A model generated the notes under the pieces. That model saw only the letters and a list, made by a program, of their open reading frames with translations. It did not search any database and was not told the origin of the DNA. 64,000 bases of DNA, taken from positions 149,544,001 through 149,608,000 of the forward strand of contig OX597814.1 of NCBI GenBank assembly GCA_951406725.2, given 5' to 3'. Of this stretch, positions 28,284 to 43,374 are shown piece by piece. Position 1 is the stretch's first letter, and every line of letters starts with the position of its first letter. The position numbers and the translations under genes were made by a program. The DNA comes from Octopus vulgaris (lineage: Eukaryota).

Positions 28284-28334
28284 TAAATTTTGTCCTATTA
28301 TAAATTTTGTCCTATTATAAATTTTGTCCTATTA
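28284..28334. repeat. Three perfect tandem copies of a 17-mer (TAAATTTTGTCCTATTA)
   Basis: Read directly. Confidence 0.9.
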
Positions 28335-28920
28335 TACGTTCTTAGTACAAATTTCGTCATGAGCAGCATGAAGAGATTTCTACTAAGACGGCCACGAATT
28401 ATATATCAACCAAGTACGGAGTAGATCGGATTAACTGTTCCCTTCACTCAAAGTTTAAATATATTATGTGTGCGTGTGTATGTCTAGTTATAATAAAAGA
28501 TATACTCCTATCTATCGACTTATGCATATGCTTTTTTTTCATAAGTGGTTCCATCGACTATGCGTGTGCTTGTACCAATCTATAGCAACAAGTCTGACTG
28601 TGAGCCTTTGTTAGTATTTACGTATTCGAGTCCGCATATACTTCCATGCACATGTGTATGTTCTTTTACCATAAGATAAATTATTGCCCTCATATCATTA
28701 GAAGTATACTTTGATTTAATAGGTTGCTGTATGCTTATGCTTACCTCATATGTATTACTGTAGAAGTAAGTGAGGCATTCTGCGCATGTTCAAGCATATA
28801 CTTGTATGTATATATATATGTGAATAAATAAATAAATAAATATATAAATATATATTATATATATAGATATATATTCCTATATATATATATAAATTCATAT
28901 ATAATACATTTATATATATC

Positions 28921-28974
<54 letters not shown>

Positions 28975-29166
28975 TGTATGCATGTATGTATATATATATA
29001 TGTATGTATGTATGTATGCATATGTATATACATGTATGTGTGTGCATGTTTGCGTATACATACGCTCATAGACACAATCAGACAGAAACACATGCACATA
29101 CGTACATCTATATACATACATAGATGTGTATACATGTGTATGTGTATTCATATACACAGATATGTT

Positions 29167-29206
<40 letters not shown>

Positions 29207-29230
29207 AAATCTATATATATATATATAAAT

Positions 29231-29272
<42 letters not shown>

Positions 29273-29714
29273 GTATGTATGTGTGTATATATATATGAGA
29301 GAGAGGGGGGAAATGCGACAGACAGACTAGGAGAAAGCCCATATCAGTTGCAGTAGACAAATGCTCCGTGAAATTACTTCCGCTTAAGACAGAAAGAAGT
29401 CCTTGGAAGAGAAGCATCCTTAGAAAAGAAAAACTACAACGACTAATTTCAACTCATCTCCTACACACTTACCACAACAGTTCTATCACCGCCCCCACCC
29501 CTGCCCCACTCACTCATCTTTCACCAGCAGCACAGAATGTCACTTCGCCTACCAACACCGTTACCAGAAATTCCACCACCGACTCCATGCTCACCCTCCA
29601 CCATCGCCGCTTCACCCGCGACCACCTCCGTAACTATCTTTACAACTAACATCGCAAATGCTTTCAAAAACATCAACAGTACCACTACCCTCCCATAGTG
29701 AAGCCAAACCTCGA

Positions 29715-30885
<1,171 letters not shown>

Positions 30886-31550
30886 AATCTTTTACTCGGA
30901 TAAAGCACGTACTTTCGAGACAAGCAAGTACAGATATACATACGTTCACACTTATATATGCTCTTACGCTAACTCACAGAGATAAATCCTGTGCGTGCAT
31001 GTATAAACATCAAAAATGCATACATATACATGCTGTGTATGCATACACATGCTGTGTATACACAGACATGCATTTCTGCATGTGCAAAATACATGCATGC
31101 GCATGAAGTTATTCGCAAGCAAGGAGATGCCGACGCAGAGATTCTTAGAAGCACAGATCGCCCTGTTCCCTTACGCAAGCGCGGCAACATACCGATGCAG
31201 ACACATGAAGCGCGTAACTCATATTGATACACTGATGTGCGCATACACATACGCATGGCTACACGAACACGCAAAGAATAACTAAACACACATACACACA
31301 TAAACATGCACGGTTGCACACACACACACATGATCAAGATATACGGATGCACACAAACACAGGAGCACAGATACACGCACATGCTAAGACTGAATCTCCC
31401 ACATTCAAAGTGCTGACTCATCAATATAATTTTCTGTCTTTCCGAAAATTTCCTTTCGTATCTCTTCATCTATGCAATGTGTACGTGTGCGGCGCGTGTG
31501 TGCACCCCTGTGTGGGTACATATAAAATATGAGCGTATATCTATTTGCTG

Positions 31551-31551
<1 letters not shown>

Positions 31552-31647
<96 letters not shown>

Positions 31648-31745
31648 ATATATAATTTATATATATATATATATATATATTTACATACATATATATATAT
31701 GTATATATGTATATATATATATAATTTATATATATATATGTATTA

Positions 31746-31807
<62 letters not shown>

Positions 31808-31845
31808 ATTATATATAATTTATATATATGACCATTCCGAAATAT

Positions 31846-31887
<42 letters not shown>

Positions 31888-31937
31888 GTGTGATTGTGTA
31901 TGTCTATATGTATATCTATGTATATATGAGCATAAAG

Positions 31938-31968
<31 letters not shown>

Positions 31969-31985
31969 TATATTATATATATATG
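31552..31985. repeat. Long degenerate (TA)n tract
   Basis: Read directly. Confidence 0.95.
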
Positions 31986-32583
31986 CATACATGTGTATAT
32001 CTGTGTGTGTGTATGTACAGACATATACATATCCATATAAATATATACACACGTAAATCACTCAGACTCTCATTCAATTTCATTTATTAACGTCTTTCTG
32101 ACAGCTCAAAACTTTGCTCATTCATTCCTTTTCTTTTGTTTCATTTTCACTCTCATCCACTGTCCCTATTTCCCCCCTCCCTCTCTTCCTCCTGTCTCTC
32201 TTTCACCCTCTCTCTCTCTCTATCTATCTATCTTCCATGTGTACTTCGCTTTGAATGTGTGTGTGTCAATGAGTGTGTGTGTGCACGTATATGTTTTGTG
32301 TATGTATGTGTATGTACGCACAGTCATACATTAATACATACAAATGTACACATATCTATCTATGCATCTATCTATGCGTGTGTATGTGTGTGTGTGTGTG
32401 TATTTTATCTCACGAGATTTTAATCGAAATGTTTCGATGCAGATAACCTCGTATGTAATGGACAGAATGCGCAACACTAAGAAATGGTGCCATAACATTC
32501 ATTTCCATTTCAGAAAAGAACATGCAAAACGCACTCACGCTCATACATACATACATATACACATACGCACATACACACATATA

Positions 32584-32639
<56 letters not shown>

Positions 32640-32692
32640 TATATGTAAGCATTTGTATATGTATACATACATATATATGCATACATATATAT

Positions 32693-32741
<49 letters not shown>

Positions 32742-34754
32742 TACATATTCAGCAAGAATATAAGAATATTCATAGAGACGTTTGATTAGTATGCAAATTG
32801 CCTTCAACCCTAGCGTGCCTTTCCGGGAAATTGGTATGAAGACAATGGCTACAAACTAAACAAGGTAATAATATTGAAGTTCTAGAAGACCACTGATTCT
32901 ACAGTGGTATGCCAAAAGTTTGTGTATTCCAGAGTGTTAAACCAAAAGTTGATCATCCGAAAGTCACTGGAACTGATAGTCTTTAGCGAAGCACGTCACG
33001 TGACAGTATGAAATCAGTGTAATTGTACGGCTTTACTGCGTCAGTACTCACCAAACTCCCGATTTGAGTGTGCTGTCATCTGCACGTCACGGTTCATTCC
33101 TAATATCTGTTGGAGAAAGCATGCTGTCGTATAATGGTTATGAAATGCCTTGCAGTTTCTGCTTTAAATTGCTGGACTGTAGACTTTATTGGTCACTCAG
33201 ATCTAAAATATCATCAACTTCAACGAAGTTCTCTGTTGCATATAAAAATATGCATAAAATATGTACTGGGTTTGATTTGATCGATTAAATCCTTCTCAGC
33301 AATGCCCTAGTATTGATGCAGTCCAATGACTGTAACAAGTAAAGATGGAAGATAAAAGATCAATAAATAGCCAATGCAGTATTATTTAATATTTGTCATA
33401 TATGTAGTTCACTATGACTGCAAACGCTACCAAGGGGAATTTCGGCTTTCATCGTTTTTTGGAGTAGACAAAAAGCAATATTAAAACCGGGGTGGTGGAC
33501 TGATGAAACTGTAACTTCGTCGGAAAAGATGTTTTGTAGTATTTTTTCCAGTTCTTGATTTTCTGAAATCAAATCATCTCATGGCCTTCCTGAGCGACAG
33601 ACTAAATCCGTTTCCGTTTTACCACATCTACCTGGCATCCTCGGTGACTTTAGCAGAGTGTACTTTGATGCAAAATTTCGAATAAGATTTCCGGTTTAAA
33701 GATGACTTCCTCCTCCCTCTCACAATCTCGGAGTATTTTCAAAGGATCATTGACACCGCCTACTCTCCTGACAAAATAGATTAACCTAGTAATAGAGGGC
33801 TCTAGAAACCAACACATGACGAAGTTGTTTTTGTTGCCACAACTCTACTCCAATTAAAACTTTGTTCCAAACTAAATTAATGTCTACAATTTCCAATGGT
33901 GTCATAGGAATTGATGAAGATGATCACATAGTCTTCTTCGTTGACTCGAAATTTACTGTATTTAGTTCGATGTTGAAAATCATTAAACAGGAAGTAAGAT
34001 ATCAATGAAGCCTAGGGCATAGTGAAAATTAAAACCAATATAACACTTGGTACATGAAGTCTGTTGCAGGGAACATATTGTTAAACAAAGACTAAGCTCC
34101 ATTATGTTCACGTCCTAATTTCGATTTCCGTTTAATTTAATTCATCTCACGTGTTTTAGTATATTATTCATAAGAAAGAAAGCGGCAAGCTGGCAGAATG
34201 ATTAGCATGCTAGACGAAATTCTCAACGGTATATCGCCGTCGCTACGTTCTGAGTTCAAATTTCAGGCCTTGTACCTTTAATAGAAAGGATTACTCATAA
34301 GGAAATCAACGCAAGAACGTCATGAATTTCCATTTCGATTATCTGAGAGTGATCTATGAACACATGATCCAGTTTGGGTTTCAAATTAGAACCACTTTGT
34401 CGTCGACAAACAAAGAATATTAGTGAATTTGCAAAGTCGAAGGGGTTATATGCATGGAGTGGTTAAGACGGTTTCTATGCTTTCAAAAGATCTGCTAGAA
34501 GTAGCAAGTAAATATTCTTCAAATAACATCCTCCCGTCTAAAACTAGAAGGATAAATTTGATCGCCATTGTACGGTGCCTTGGAGAATGTTGGATAGACC
34601 ACAACTGGAATGAATTTAATTATAGGCCCACTCGGTCAGAACTAACCTTTAACAAAACAACTAGTTAACACATTTACCGACAACAATATAAATATATGAG
34701 TGTATATATATAAGTATATGTGTGCGTGAATGTGTGTGTGTGCAAGTATGTGAT

Positions 34755-35038
34755 GACGCATTGTCTGGTGGCTAAGATGTTGCAATCATGGTAGCGAGAT
34801 CGTAGTTTCAATTCTTAGACCGGATTGCACGTTGCGTTCCTGAGCAAAACATTTAATCTCACGCTGCTCTACGATCGCTTAGACACACGGCGTGTTGTCC
34901 ACCAAGGCCCTGTTCAGGCCACATTGATTTGATGGCTGAAGTGAGCTAATGTACAGCACATATATTTGGTCATTATAAATGAATTATTTGTGAAAGTCCT
35001 TCGGCAAAAGCTGAACACACATACGTCGTGTTCGACAA

Positions 35039-35040
<2 letters not shown>
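34755..35040 (+). mobile_element. SINE family 3, diverged
   Basis: GGTGGCTAAG..GTTTCAATTC..GTTGCGTTCCTGAGCAAAACATTTAATCTCACGCTGCTC resembles 23935-24258. Confidence 0.6.
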
Positions 35041-35069
<29 letters not shown>

Positions 35070-35266
35070 GGGAGAATTCACAGAAAAAACCCCAAAAGAC
35101 GGAGACAGGTGATGTAGACAACAAACTGATGTATTAGTATAACGCTCGGGAAGTGAAAAAGTCTATGGTCTCGAGCCTAAGCTCTTCCACAGAAAGGAAA
35201 AGAACACAGAAAGAAACAAAGAGAAAAAATAAAGAATGTGTAGTGGCTAGCGATCTATCATGGCGA

Positions 35267-35269
<3 letters not shown>
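35070..35269 (-). mobile_element. Penelope-pLTR-like unit (group P2), (TA)n on both sides, degenerate hammerhead at 35161-35196
   Basis: Minus strand CUUU-CUGUGGA-AGAGCUUAGGCUC-GAGAC; homologous to 6757-6910 and 62513-62698. Confidence 0.65.
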
Positions 35270-35310
<41 letters not shown>

Positions 35311-35776
35311 CATACACACATATATATATACACACACATATATATACATATGAATATATATATGTATATATATCTGTCGTGTGTGTGTGTAAAATGTATC
35401 TATGTATTCATAAGACCTTGTGAAAAATACAAGAAAATTGTTTTTAAAAGTATAAATTGAAAAATAAAGTGACACAAACCATTTGGAATTAATCTTTCGT
35501 TTTGTACATAAAAGCCTTTGATTATCAACTTCAATAATATGTGATATATGTTCACACAAACATATTTAAATTAGTGCGTTAATGCGCATATGTATGCAAG
35601 TGTAGACATCAATGAGGACAGACAATGTTTATATGAGCAAGTAATAGCATAAATGTAGTCTGTACATACATTTCCAGAAACTCTGTGGGCATGCATATGT
35701 AATGCATAAGATCAAACGCATGCAAATCTCTGTATATACAAGTACGCATATGCATATGTATATATATATCTATCTA

Positions 35777-35850
<74 letters not shown>

Positions 35851-35851
<1 letters not shown>

Positions 35852-36053
35852 TGAATCCAAACAAAGAAGAACAATCAAGAAAAAACAATAACGCGAGGAC
35901 GTGGTACAAGTAATGTATTATCAGATGCTCAGGAGAGGAAGGAAAGTGGATTTAAAGTTTCGAGCCTTGCTCTTGTTCAGAAATAGAGGAAAGTCCAAAG
36001 GAAGGTAAGACAGAGAAATAAAATCATTAACGATATACACGCGGTCAATTTTG

Positions 36054-36056
<3 letters not shown>
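35851..36056 (-). mobile_element. Penelope-pLTR-like unit (group P1), (TA)n on both sides, degenerate hammerhead at 35950-35984
   Basis: Minus strand UUU-CUGAACA-AGAGCAAGGCUC-GAAAC-UUU-AAA; homologous to 6265-6435 and 44680-44856. Confidence 0.65.
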
Positions 36057-36141
<85 letters not shown>

Positions 36142-36159
36142 GTGTGTATATATATATAC

Positions 36160-36256
<97 letters not shown>

Positions 36257-36360
36257 CATATATATAATGCAAGGAAGAAAATGGAGAAGAGATTCAATTG
36301 ACAAACATCAGGAAGATATAATTATTACAATCATAGGAATAAATAAATAAATACAACTCT

Positions 36361-36460
36361 ACTCTTACAGCTATTTCTACTTTTGGGATCCAGTATGCCA
36401 AAGTTGGCACATCATACAAAAATTATACAAAATCTGAGCCGCAAAGCTTTATCAGAGAGT
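36361..36460 (-). ncRNA. Type I hammerhead ribozyme-like motif with long stem II (G8A change)
   Basis: ACUCU-CUGAUAA-[~70-nt stem II]-GAAA-U-AGCU-G-UA-AGAGU; stem I ACUCU/AGAGU; palindromic AGCU loop III. Confidence 0.6.
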
Positions 36461-36564
36461 CCATAATGGTAAGAAGTAAAAAAAAGTTAAGTCCAAGCTT
36501 AAATCCAGAAGTTGTGCGATCACATCATATTTCAATTTCAATTGAAATAGGAGGAGATCTCACA

Positions 36565-37076
36565 ACACAGGAACATGTATCATACATCGAAATGAAGTTG
36601 GTCCTGTGTGGATTACATCCCTACTTCTCAACATAGCCCCTATTTCTCTCACTAGCAATGTTCCACCTTCGAAGGAGAGCATGAATCCCTAACCCGTAAA
36701 ATTTTGTTGACTGTTCTTTGAGCCACTTCTTCACTACAGTTTTCACTTCCTCGTGACTGGAATGTTTGCGTCTCAACCCCTCTTACATGGAACCGAACAG
36801 ATGATAGTCTAAAGGCGCTAAATTATTCCAGTGACGAGGAAGTGAAAACTGTAGCGAGGAAGTGCCTCAAAGGACAGTCAACAGAATTTTTAGGGGCAGT
36901 GATCCATGCTCTTATTCGAAGGTGGAATATTGCTATTGAGAGAAACGGTGACTATATTAAGAAGTAGGGAAGTGATCGACAGAGGACCAGTTTCATTTTG
37001 ATGTATGATACATGTTCCTGTGTTTGTAATTAAACCTGTACTAAACAAAATGGCATTACTCTTTGACTCACCCTCG
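36565..37076. mobile_element. Fold-back mariner derivative (two inverted copies of a mariner 3' end)
   Basis: 36565-36763 is the diverged reverse complement of 36825-37023; encodes LAPLDYHLFGSM..EEVKTVVKKWLKEQSTKFY.LGIHALLRRWNIA.ERN..YVEK*; right TIR ..TTTGACTCACCCTCG followed by TA. Confidence 0.85.
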
Positions 37077-37510
37077 TATTAGTCAGCTACAGAACAATTT
37101 AACGAAATAAGCAATTAATCGTTCGTTCAATGCATTAATCAGATACTTTATCAAGATCATTTCGTCACCATTTGTAACAGGAACAATGACATATCCTCGT
37201 TCTTCTGTGTCACCCGAGACAGACCTACGTTGCCGATGTGATATCACCGACAGTGTCACGAATTGCGACGAAAGAGCTCTCACAAATCCGCGATTAATTG
37301 ATCAAAAGATTACTCAAGAAAGCGGTTAGTTAATTGGTTAATTGGTTAACTAGTTGATTAATTATACGCAAAGAACTTAAATACACGGCGTGCGTGTGTT
37401 TCTTATGGTGAAAATAGTATTCGTAAGATACAAAAGTATGCATTATATATATATGTGATTATTTGTGTATGTATGCATGTATATATGTATGTGTATATAT
37501 ATATATGTGT

Positions 37511-37550
<40 letters not shown>

Positions 37551-38075
37551 ACAGAGATATATATATAGATATGAGTGTGCGGGGGCGCAAGCGTGTGTTT
37601 GTGTGTATGTGTGTCTGCGTGCGTGCGTGCGTTTCTGTGTATGGATCAGTCACACGGTGTGCTACTGATAAACTGATAATATATACCCTCTATTGTATAT
37701 CACGGGATCTGTAGCTTGGCGACCAGAATAGAAAACCACCAAGCCTACTCGATAATAATGTTTTTGTGGGAGACCCTACAGGACGAGAAACAAAGGCATG
37801 TCAAAGGACGGATGAACACCCATAAATTCATCGACCATCCAGAATCTAGGAAAGAGAGACACCTGACTACTGGGAATGAAGGAGGTTAACTCGTTGGATT
37901 TTACTCGGAGGGAAAAGTGGGTTTTCTACTCAAAGCAAATAAGCGTATAGGAACCCCTTGGATCTGAGTTTAAAAAGTAGTCGTATTCGATTGCGAGTTG
38001 ACTTCCACCAATCATGAACACACACACATACATACACGCGCACACACAAACCTGTACATGCATATAAATATATAT

Positions 38076-38420
38076 ATAGTGTAATAAATAAAATATATTC
38101 ATACATACAAACATATATGTACGTACCTACATCTACATGTATATATACATGCGTACCTTCGAAACACACTGGAGTTGAACTAGGGACAGCTGATGAAGGG
38201 GATTTTTCCTTGTGTAGTTGCCTTGTATTCTGTTTTTTCGTTGTTAAAAAATGGTCCGTTCCATGCTGTTTTTACTTTTTCGTTTTCGTTGAGTTCTACG
38301 TCTATTTGTGGTGTCCTGTACACACGTATATATATTTATATATGCATGTATATATACATGTAGATGTAGGTACGTACATATATGTTTGTATGTATGCATA
38401 TATTTTATTTATTACACTAT
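38076..38420. repeat. 77-bp near-perfect inverted repeat around a ~190-bp spacer
   Basis: 38076-38152 vs 38344-38420, one mismatch seen. Confidence 0.9.
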
Positions 38421-38766
38421 TGTATGACTGAGCGCCCTCGCGTCGATTCGATTCGTTTCGTTTCGTTTCGTTTCTTCTTCTTCTCTAAGCTGGTTTATAT
38501 ATATATATATATATATATACATATATTGCCCATTACTTAATCACTGGTATGTGTTTTTATCTTATATTTAATTTTTCTATTAGATGAAATTAGTTCTAAA
38601 TAGTAGAATTTAATTTTTCCATTGTTGAATTGATAAAAGGTGGTATTTTTCTAATTAATATATATATATTATATTTTATGAAATTTGACTTAGTATTTCT
38701 AAATTGAATGTTTCCCTGTAAGTTTGGAATAATATTCCCTCAAATTATTATTATTGTTATATATAT

Positions 38767-38980
38767 TCTTCTATTCTTTTATTTCTTTCAGTCATTTGAC
38801 TTTGGCCATGCTGGAGCACCACCTTCAGTCGAACATGTCTACCACGGGACTTATTCTTTATAAGCCTAGTACTTATTGTAGTAGCCTCTTTTGCCGAACC
38901 GCTAAGCTACGGGGACGTAAACACACCAACATCGCTTATCAACCGATGGTGGGAGGACAGACACAGGAACAGAAACACAT
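38767..38980 (-). mobile_element. SINE family 1, 3' half
   Basis: TTTCAGTCATTTGACTTTGGCCATGCTGGAGCACC..GCCGAACCGCTAAG.TACGGGGACGTAAACACACC. Confidence 0.85.
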
Positions 38981-39303
38981 GTATATGTGTGTGTGTGTGG
39001 GGGCTTGTGGCTAGAGAAGTCGAGTTAGTTTCCGTAGCAAAATATATTTCCTGATTATTAATAATCAAAATCCTTTGGACATAGATTTTGAAAATCAAAT
39101 TCCTTTTTACTGTAGGACGCATCGTTTCGGGGCCTTTCGGAGACACACGTATGCATGCACACATACATTCTGTAGATATGGATGAATGGATATATATATA
39201 TAGAGAGAGAGAGAGACAGACAGACAGACGGACAGACAGACGTTATCTATAAATGCTCTAATATCTATACAGCCTTGGTTTTTATCTCATTACGCAAAAC
39301 ATT

Positions 39304-39386
<83 letters not shown>

Positions 39387-39466
39387 ATATATGTGTGTGT
39401 GTATGTGTGTGTGTGAGTGTGTGTGCGTGTGTGTGTAATATGTGTATAGATCTACATTCTCTCAAA

Positions 39467-40753
39467 CGAAGGTACGCTGAAAAGTTCATAGGTTGACTAT
39501 AAAGACTGGTACTAAACTCGTGAAATCTCGCCTGCATTAATGTCAACCATTCTTATTAGTAACTGCATTGTTTTGTTTCAGGTAAACTGAAATCTGACCG
39601 TTCAAAGTAGACCACAAAAGTAACGATCATTGACATCTCTTGAACATGGACAAAATTTGGCATCAAGTACCAGCAGGAAAAAATAGTTTTGCTCTTAAGG
39701 AAATTCATGCTGATATGCTTTTCAGAATAACGGATGACATTCCAGCTTTATCAATATTGCAAAAGGTTGTACTGAATTTATAACAGGAAGAGAGAGTCTT
39801 GAAGAAGAACTAAGGTATAGACGTCCTGCAACTGCCGCTACTCAGAAAAACATTGCCCTCACCACATGGTAATGGACGATGACAGGTGATTCACTATGAA
39901 GCAATTACCAAACGCTTTTAGCATCTCACGTGACAGACTTGAGAATATTCCCCACAATGAATTTGGCATGACTAATATTTCTGTTCGGTGGGTGCCACGT
40001 CATCTGATACCTGATCAAAAGCGCACCAGGCTGATCACATCAAGGGAAAATCTGATATTGTTTGAGGCAGATCTAGTTGTTTTCTTTGAATGTTTCCTTA
40101 CCAAGGATGAGTGTTGGGTTCATAGCTTTGAGCAACTTACAAAGTGACATTCCATCAGCGGAAACTTCTCTCTTCGCCTGATCCAAAGAAAGGCAATATC
40201 GTTTCACCTGCAGGGATGATGATGGCATAAAATTTTGGGGATGAGAACGACATTGTGTTTATTAACTATCTTCAAAAGAGCAACAGTATCATTGGCGTGT
40301 AATATACCAACTTGTTGAGGCAGTTACGAAAATCTATCAAAACCAAAAGCTCACAAGAACTGACGAAAAGCGATTTGTTTAATCAGGATATTGCTCCAGT
40401 ACACAAGTCCTTGGTTTCAATGGCTTCGGTTCATAATTGGGGCATTGAACTGGTTGATCACACTCCCCATTCTCCTGATTTGGCCTCATCTATCTATCAT
40501 CTATTCTCCAAAATGAAAAAAAAAAGCACCTGACTGGGAACCAGTATTGCAGTAATGGAAGCATCATATCTGCTGTTGATGTCTTTTCTTATCAGCAGAT
40601 TGAAAGCTTCTTTCCCAATGGAATCTAAGCACTGAAACACCTATGGAAGAAGTGTGTGGATTGCAAGGAGGTCTATGTTGAAAAAGAAAACCTCATTTGG
40701 TCACATTCCATGAGAGTATCATGGTCAGCCTATGAGGTTTTAGGTGACCCTCC
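39467..40753 (+). mobile_element. Full-length decayed mariner (DD34D; irritans/Hsmar2-like by motif)
   Basis: ~1.29 kb; TIRs CGAAGGTACGCTGAAAAGTTCATAGGTTGAC / GTCAGCCTATGAGGTTTTTAGGTGACCCTCC then TA; motifs WVPRHL, TKDECWV, NQDIAPVH, HSPDLASSIYHLF; stops and frameshifts. Confidence 0.9.
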
Positions 40754-41535
40754 TAAATATATACATTAAATCGTGTATATATGAGCAAATGATACACACG
40801 AATACACATATACACACAAGCGTACATACACGCAGTCACACAAGGTGTATAAGTACACTATCTAATTTCATATATTGAATTTGATACCTCTTTATGTGTA
40901 AATTTTTTTCACTGAATTTACTGGTTTTTCGCAGATTCATTCCTTATTCAATGCTCTCTATCTCACTCTTGACACTTTCTTCTTTTGACTATATGACATT
41001 ATGTCTATCACACTCTCCTTTTGCCTCCATTTACCTAACCTACAGAAATTTTCTTTCTGTCTCCCTTTTCTTTTCTCTATCTCTTTCGCTCTCTGTTTCT
41101 CCAACCCTTTGTCACTCAGTGTCACTCTGTGTCAATCTGACTAATTCTCTGTTTCTTTATTCTTTCTTCTCTAAGAATGTATTCCCTCCGTTTCTGGCCC
41201 TCACTCTATCTCTCTTTTTCTTTTTCCTTATTTCTTACTACTTCTCTCCTTTTCATTCTCTTACCTTCCTCCCTTTCACTTCATCTTCATTTAATCACCC
41301 ATTCTACCATCGTATTTTTTGCTTATTTAGTCTTGACTGACTGACAGGTTTATGGCAATGACCAAAGGTCAGACCAGATTGAACAACCATTAATGCCTCG
41401 ATGAACAAAATCTCTTCTCTGGAACCAAGCAGTCTCTGATTAAATAGCATCACTAGCAGCTATACATTTAGTGAAAAGTAACAATACATTTACATACATA
41501 TATATATACATCCCTTATATAAATATGTGTGTATA

Positions 41536-41577
<42 letters not shown>

Positions 41578-41597
41578 TGTATATATATATGTATTTG

Positions 41598-41643
<46 letters not shown>

Positions 41644-43160
41644 TGTATGCACACGCGCACACATAGCCGTTTATACAAATAGAGAGAGGGTGTATGTTTC
41701 GCAACAAAAAAGAGGGAGAGATATATGGGGTGGGGGGGCAGACTAAGAAAACTGTGGAAGAAACAAAGATTGTCTGAGAAAGAAGTAGTGCGCATGTGTG
41801 TTTTTGCAGGAATATTCTTCTGTGTGTCTTTTTCTGTCTTTGACTTTCTCTCCCTCTCTGTGAACGCACACTCACACATACGTATGTGAGTATGTGTATA
41901 TGTGTACGTATATGTGTGTGCGTGTATTTTATGGCATACATAAAAACTGATAAGATTGCATGCATATGTATGTGTTTAGGCATGTATTCATGTATACATG
42001 TATATTTGTCTGTGTACTCATTATGCGTGTGAGTATGTATGTGTATATGTCTATATGTGTTTTGGTATCTTTGATGTATATGTGTTTGCATTGCAAACTT
42101 TAATATACTAAACATAGAAATAAGCTGAACAGGAATGGAAAAGCAAAGTATTATCGAATATCGATCGTTGATCCCCCAGCTCTGGTCTCTTCATTTCACT
42201 CACTCACATACTCATAGAAACAAATATGTTCATACACTGAAACACATGTATATATACACAACCTCCAACTCTACTTATATTCACAATTAAGTTGCCAACA
42301 GTTTATAATGCTGACCTTGTTTACGTACATCCGTTCACCTCAATGGCCGCCAGAGATATTTCATTTACGTTTTTTCAATGCAATTGACCAAATTGGCTAT
42401 TTCTATATTGATGAAATAAACTACAATATCATAGTGCATTTGAATATCTACCAATTTCTATCTGAGCAATCAAAGAGCAGATAAAACCATGATAACCTTC
42501 GAGAGGGTTCTTATATTCGTAATTTTGTTTCTCAGAAATTACAATCGACTATTTTAATTAATTATGGATCATACTAATTTTACAAATAAGAAACCGCATT
42601 GAGTAAATTTTCTATTCGCTTGTTTTGTGTGAAATACTTCGTTGCGTCTATGTGCATATACGTATGTATATACATACATATATATGTGCATATATATGTA
42701 TGTATGTATGTATATATATATATATATAGATATACATATATACATATATATATTCACACAAAAGATACACACACGTTCGCGCGGACACACACTCACATAT
42801 CACTAGGTGATATATATATACGTACATGTATGTGTATATACATGTATATATGCGTATGAAATTTAGGCATAATGCCAGCGATTTCAAAGGGAGGTGCTAG
42901 TCGATTGCAGCAACCTCAGTATGCAGGATGAATGCCAATTTTGACTTCGGTAAGACTTGAACTCAGACACTAATGAAACGAGACAAATACCGCGAGGCAT
43001 TTTATCGGACGCTTTAACATGCCTGCCATTCTTGCACCTTGTATGAAATTATATATAAAGCAAATGCTGCAGTTCTGAGTTCACCATTAGTCATATAAGT
43101 GCTATATTTATTGACAATTGTTTATTATTTTATCATATTTCTCTTAACAATTCAAATAAT

Positions 43161-43374
43161 TCTTTCTACTCTAGACACAAAGCCTAATATTTTGGGTGAG
43201 GGGGTAAGTCAATCACATCGACCCCAGTACTTGACCGGTACATAATTTATCGACCCAGAAATAATGAAAGGCAAAGTTGACCTCGGTGGAATTTGAACTC
43301 AGAACGTAATGACAGGCGAAATATCGCTAATCATTTCGCCTGGCGTGCAAAACGTTTCTGCCAGCTCGCTGCTT
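43161..43374 (-). mobile_element. SINE family 2, full length with TSD
   Basis: Reverse complement of the family 2 consensus; 17-bp TSD TTAACAAT(T/A)CAAAT(A/G)AT at 43144-43160 and 43375-43391. Confidence 0.85.

Noticed and set aside
28284-28334. CRISPR-like array
   Set aside because: Head-to-tail 17-mers without spacers in a eukaryotic context; no cas genes.
31100-31225. GC-richer stretch translating as AHEVIRKQGDADAEILRSTDRPVPLRKRG
   Set aside because: No splice signals or recognisable motif; embedded in degenerate (CA/TG) repeats.
40894-41340. 148-aa hydrophobic F/S/L-rich ORF that looks like a membrane protein
   Set aside because: Degenerate (CT)-rich low-complexity DNA, which is naturally stop-poor.
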